From the NCBI GenBank assembly GCA_963674755.2, contig CAXXVS010000003.1, forward strand, positions 224,001-288,000: DNA of 64,000 bases, in the 5' to 3' direction. Both the position numbers and the translations under genes were made by a program. How positions within the stretch are numbered: the stretch's first letter is position 1; the number at the start of each line of letters is the position of its first letter. A model generated the notes under the pieces. That model was not told the origin of the DNA. It saw only the letters and a program-made list of their open reading frames with translations, and searched no databases. Positions 61,805 through 64,000 of this stretch are shown piece by piece. The DNA is from Desulfobacterales bacterium. Lineage in GTDB: Bacteria > Desulfobacterota > Desulfobacteria > Desulfobacterales > UBA5852.

Positions 61805-61912
61805 GGAAAACCTCCTGCAATTCGATCCGGAGCGGTCCGGTAACCGCAAATTCACGAAGGTTACACTTTTGTCCGAAAAAAGAAAAGCGTCTTAAAATCA
61901 GACGTTCGCCTC

Positions 61913-61940
61913 TTGACCCGCATATTTAATCTGGTATGGT
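61913..61940 (+). promoter_or_regulatory. Sigma-70 promoter of pabA-pabB
   Basis: TTGACC-N16-TATGGT. Confidence 0.5.
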
Positions 61941-61984
61941 GACCTTCATCATAGAACAGCTTAAATTGAGTTATGCCATAGGTC

Positions 61985-62019
61985 GACGCCACCCAGACTC
62001 AAAGGGGTGGCGTTTTTTT
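61985..62019 (+). terminator. Terminator-like hairpin inside the 5' leader
   Basis: ACGCCACCC-AGACTCAAAG-GGGTGGCGT followed by a T run, just before the GGAGG RBS. Confidence 0.7.
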
Positions 62020-62035
62020 ATGGAATGGAGGGGCG

Positions 62036-62671
62036 ATGCCGTTTCGTCTGCTCGTCATCGATAACTACGATTCGTTCACTTACAATCTGGTCCAGATGTT
62101 TCTGCAATACCCGCTGGACATCAGCGTTTACCGTAGCGACCGGATCGCGCTGGATCAGATTCCGGAACTGATACCGGATTATCTGCTGGTGAGCCCGGGG
62201 CCGCGGGACCCAGCCCATGCCGGTATCTCCATCCCCCTTATCCGCCATTGGTATCGCCACCTGCCAATCCTGGGGGTCTGCCTGGGCATGCAATGCCTCA
62301 ACGAAGCCTTCGGGGGACGGACGGTGCGTGCCCCGCTGCCCCGCCACGGCAAGGTGAGCCCGGTCCATCACGAGGGCCGCGCCCTCTTCCAAGGCCTGCC
62401 GTGTCCCTTCGCGGCGGCACGTTACCACTCCCTGATGGTAGACGTCCGTTCGCCGGTTCTCGAAGTGACGGCCCGCAGCGACGATGGCGTGATCATGGGG
62501 CTCTCCCATCCGGCATTTCCCCTACACGGTGTTCAATTTCATCCGGAAAGTTTCATGACGGAAGCCGGGTTCGACCTTGTGGAAAACTTCCTGCGGTTGG
62601 GACCGCTGAGCGCGCCGCAGCGCTGCGCCCCCCATGACGAGGCTCGGCTGACCATTCACCAGAAGATATAG
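62036..62671 (+). CDS. pabA: Aminodeoxychorismate/anthranilate synthase component II (glutamine amidotransferase)
   Basis: IDNYDSFTYNL, SPGP, LGVCLG.Q, RYHSL, QFHPES. Confidence 0.9.
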   Translation: MPFRLLVIDNYDSFTYNLVQMFLQYPLDISVYRSDRIALDQIPELIPDYLLVSPGPRDPAHAGISIPLIRHWYRHLPILGVCLGMQCLNEAFGGRTVRAPLPRHGKVSPVHHEGRALFQGLPCPFAAARYHSLMVDVRSPVLEVTARSDDGVIMGLSHPAFPLHGVQFHPESFMTEAGFDLVENFLRLGPLSAPQRCAPHDEARLTIHQKI

Positions 62672-64000
62672 ATGATGACGGAATCCTGCCAGGCGTTGCA
62701 TTTAAGCAGTGCGATCGAAACGATCCGCACCGAGGAGACAACCCTGTCCCGGCCCATGATCGATATGGCCGCCCGCCTGGCCGATCAGGAGGGGACCGTA
62801 CTGCTCCTGAGCGGCGGGGGGCTGGCAAGCGCCCGCTATCACATCCTGGGCTTCGACCCCTGGCTCTGTCTGAAGGGAAGGGGCACCGATCTGACCTTAA
62901 CCATCGATGGGCAGGTTTCCAGACTGGAAATGAATCCCCTGGAAGCCCTGGGGGCCATCGTGCACCAGTATGGCTGTCCCCCGGGCCGTACGGTCGAAAC
63001 CCCCCTGACAGCCGGCTTGATGGGTTATCTGGCCTACGACCTGAAGGATGTACTGGAGACGCTGCCCCGTACCTCGCTGGAGCGCTGGCTTCTGCCGCAC
63101 CTGTGTTTCTATGCACCTTCCATCATCCTGGTGCACGACCGGCAGCGAGGACGGACCGTACGGCATGAAATTGTACGCCGGGGGCAGCCGGCACCGGATG
63201 GCCACGCGCGTCTAACAGGTATCGAAAAAGCGCCGCCGCCGGATGAAAGCTTTGCCGTTGACCGCGACAACCTGCAATCCAATTTCAGCCGCCGGGCCTA
63301 TGAAGACGCGGTCCGGCGCATCCGCGCCTACATCGCCGCCGGCGACGTCTATCAGGTCAATCTGTCCCAACGCTTCGAAACCAGTTTCCAGGGCAGTCCC
63401 TTCGGGTTTTTCCGGGCCCTCTACGAACGCAATCCAGCCCCTTTTTTCGCCTTTTTGAACGCCGGCGATCATCAGCTGGTGTCCACTTCCCCGGAGCGGT
63501 TTCTATGGCTGCAGGATAGCAAGGTGGAAACACGCCCCATCAAGGGCACGCGGCCCCGCGGCCAGGTCCCTGATGAGGACCGCGCCATGCGTGCGGCCCT
63601 GGAAACCAGCGCCAAGGACGATGCCGAGCTGTCCATGATCGTCGATCTCCTGCGCAACGACATCGGGCGGGTCTGCCGGGGCGGCTCGGTCCGGGTGGCG
63701 GCCCACAAAACCGTCGAGGCCTATGAAAACGTCTATCACCTGGTCTCCATCGTGGAAGGGGAGTTGGCGCCAGGGCGGGACGGCATCGATCTGGTCCGGG
63801 CGGCTTTCCCGGGCGGCTCCATCACAGGCTGTCCTAAAATACGATCCATGGAAATCATCGACGAGCTCGAACCCGACCGCCGCCACGTCTACACCGGCTC
63901 CCTGGGCTATATCAGCTTTCACGGCACCCTGGACCTGTCCATCGCCATCCGCACGGCGGTCATTCACCGGGACCGCATGGCTTTTTCCGTGGGCGGGGGC
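62672..64000 (+). CDS. pabB: Aminodeoxychorismate synthase component I (runs off the window)
   Basis: Open frame from the ATG at 62672 with GYLAYDL, GDVYQVNLSQRF, SPERFL, TRPIKGT, MIVDLLRND and FPGGSITGCPK. PIKGT is the PabB-type signature. Confidence 0.88.
   Translation, partial: MMTESCQALHLSSAIETIRTEETTLSRPMIDMAARLADQEGTVLLLSGGGLASARYHILGFDPWLCLKGRGTDLTLTIDGQVSRLEMNPLEALGAIVHQYGCPPGRTVETPLTAGLMGYLAYDLKDVLETLPRTSLERWLLPHLCFYAPSIILVHDRQRGRTVRHEIVRRGQPAPDGHARLTGIEKAPPPDESFAVDRDNLQSNFSRRAYEDAVRRIRAYIAAGDVYQVNLSQRFETSFQGSPFGFFRALYERNPAPFFAFLNAGDHQLVSTSPERFLWLQDSKVETRPIKGTRPRGQVPDEDRAMRAALETSAKDDAELSMIVDLLRNDIGRVCRGGSVRVAAHKTVEAYENVYHLVSIVEGELAPGRDGIDLVRAAFPGGSITGCPKIRSMEIIDELEPDRRHVYTGSLGYISFHGTLDLSIAIRTAVIHRDRMAFSVGGG

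Noticed and set aside
61935..61984. Fluoride, THF or ZTP riboswitch, or Trp leader peptide, before pabA
   Set aside because: Only superficial resemblance. Conserved core nucleotides are missing, part of it overlaps the predicted -10 box, and there are no tandem Trp codons.
1..64000. CRISPR arrays, tRNA/rRNA genes, prophage or IS transposase genes
   Set aside because: No regularly spaced repeats, cloverleaf or rRNA signatures, or corresponding protein motifs were seen by eye.

Overview
A GC-rich chromosomal window from an anaerobic bacterium. Gene content (selenocysteine formate dehydrogenase, BzaF, FmdE fusion, a palindromic intergenic element) suggests Desulfobacterota, which is an inference. 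From left to right it holds: a rhodanese-YceI fusion; several unannotated small ORFs; an XRE-cupin regulator with an acyl-CoA synthetase; two inverted copies of a ~125-bp miniature element; a FIST-PAS-PP2C phosphatase; and a ThiC paralog (BzaF type) behind a cobalamin riboswitch. An accessory stretch (about 9.3-28 kb) follows, with an IetA/IetS-type AAA+ ATPase and S8 protease pair, ptsP, LprI and ankyrin proteins, two AT-rich methyltransferases, a Zn-finger/TPR membrane protein facing a rhomboid-TPR protease, and a bacterial homolog of the plant Whirly ssDNA-binding proteins. Next come rlpA, selO, an M16 peptidase, rsgA with a leader peptide, a cold-shock gene, a large PHP-like membrane protein, a TMEM143 protein and two aldehyde dehydrogenases. 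The right end has a ModE-linked Mo/W cluster (Sec-FDH plus a Tat-less PsrA/PhsA-like enzyme), a hybrid kinase, and pabA-pabB behind a terminator-containing leader. No rRNA, tRNA, CRISPR array, integrase or transposase was seen. The most notable observation is the Whirly homolog and its neighbourhood. All family assignments come from reading motifs by eye, not from database searches.
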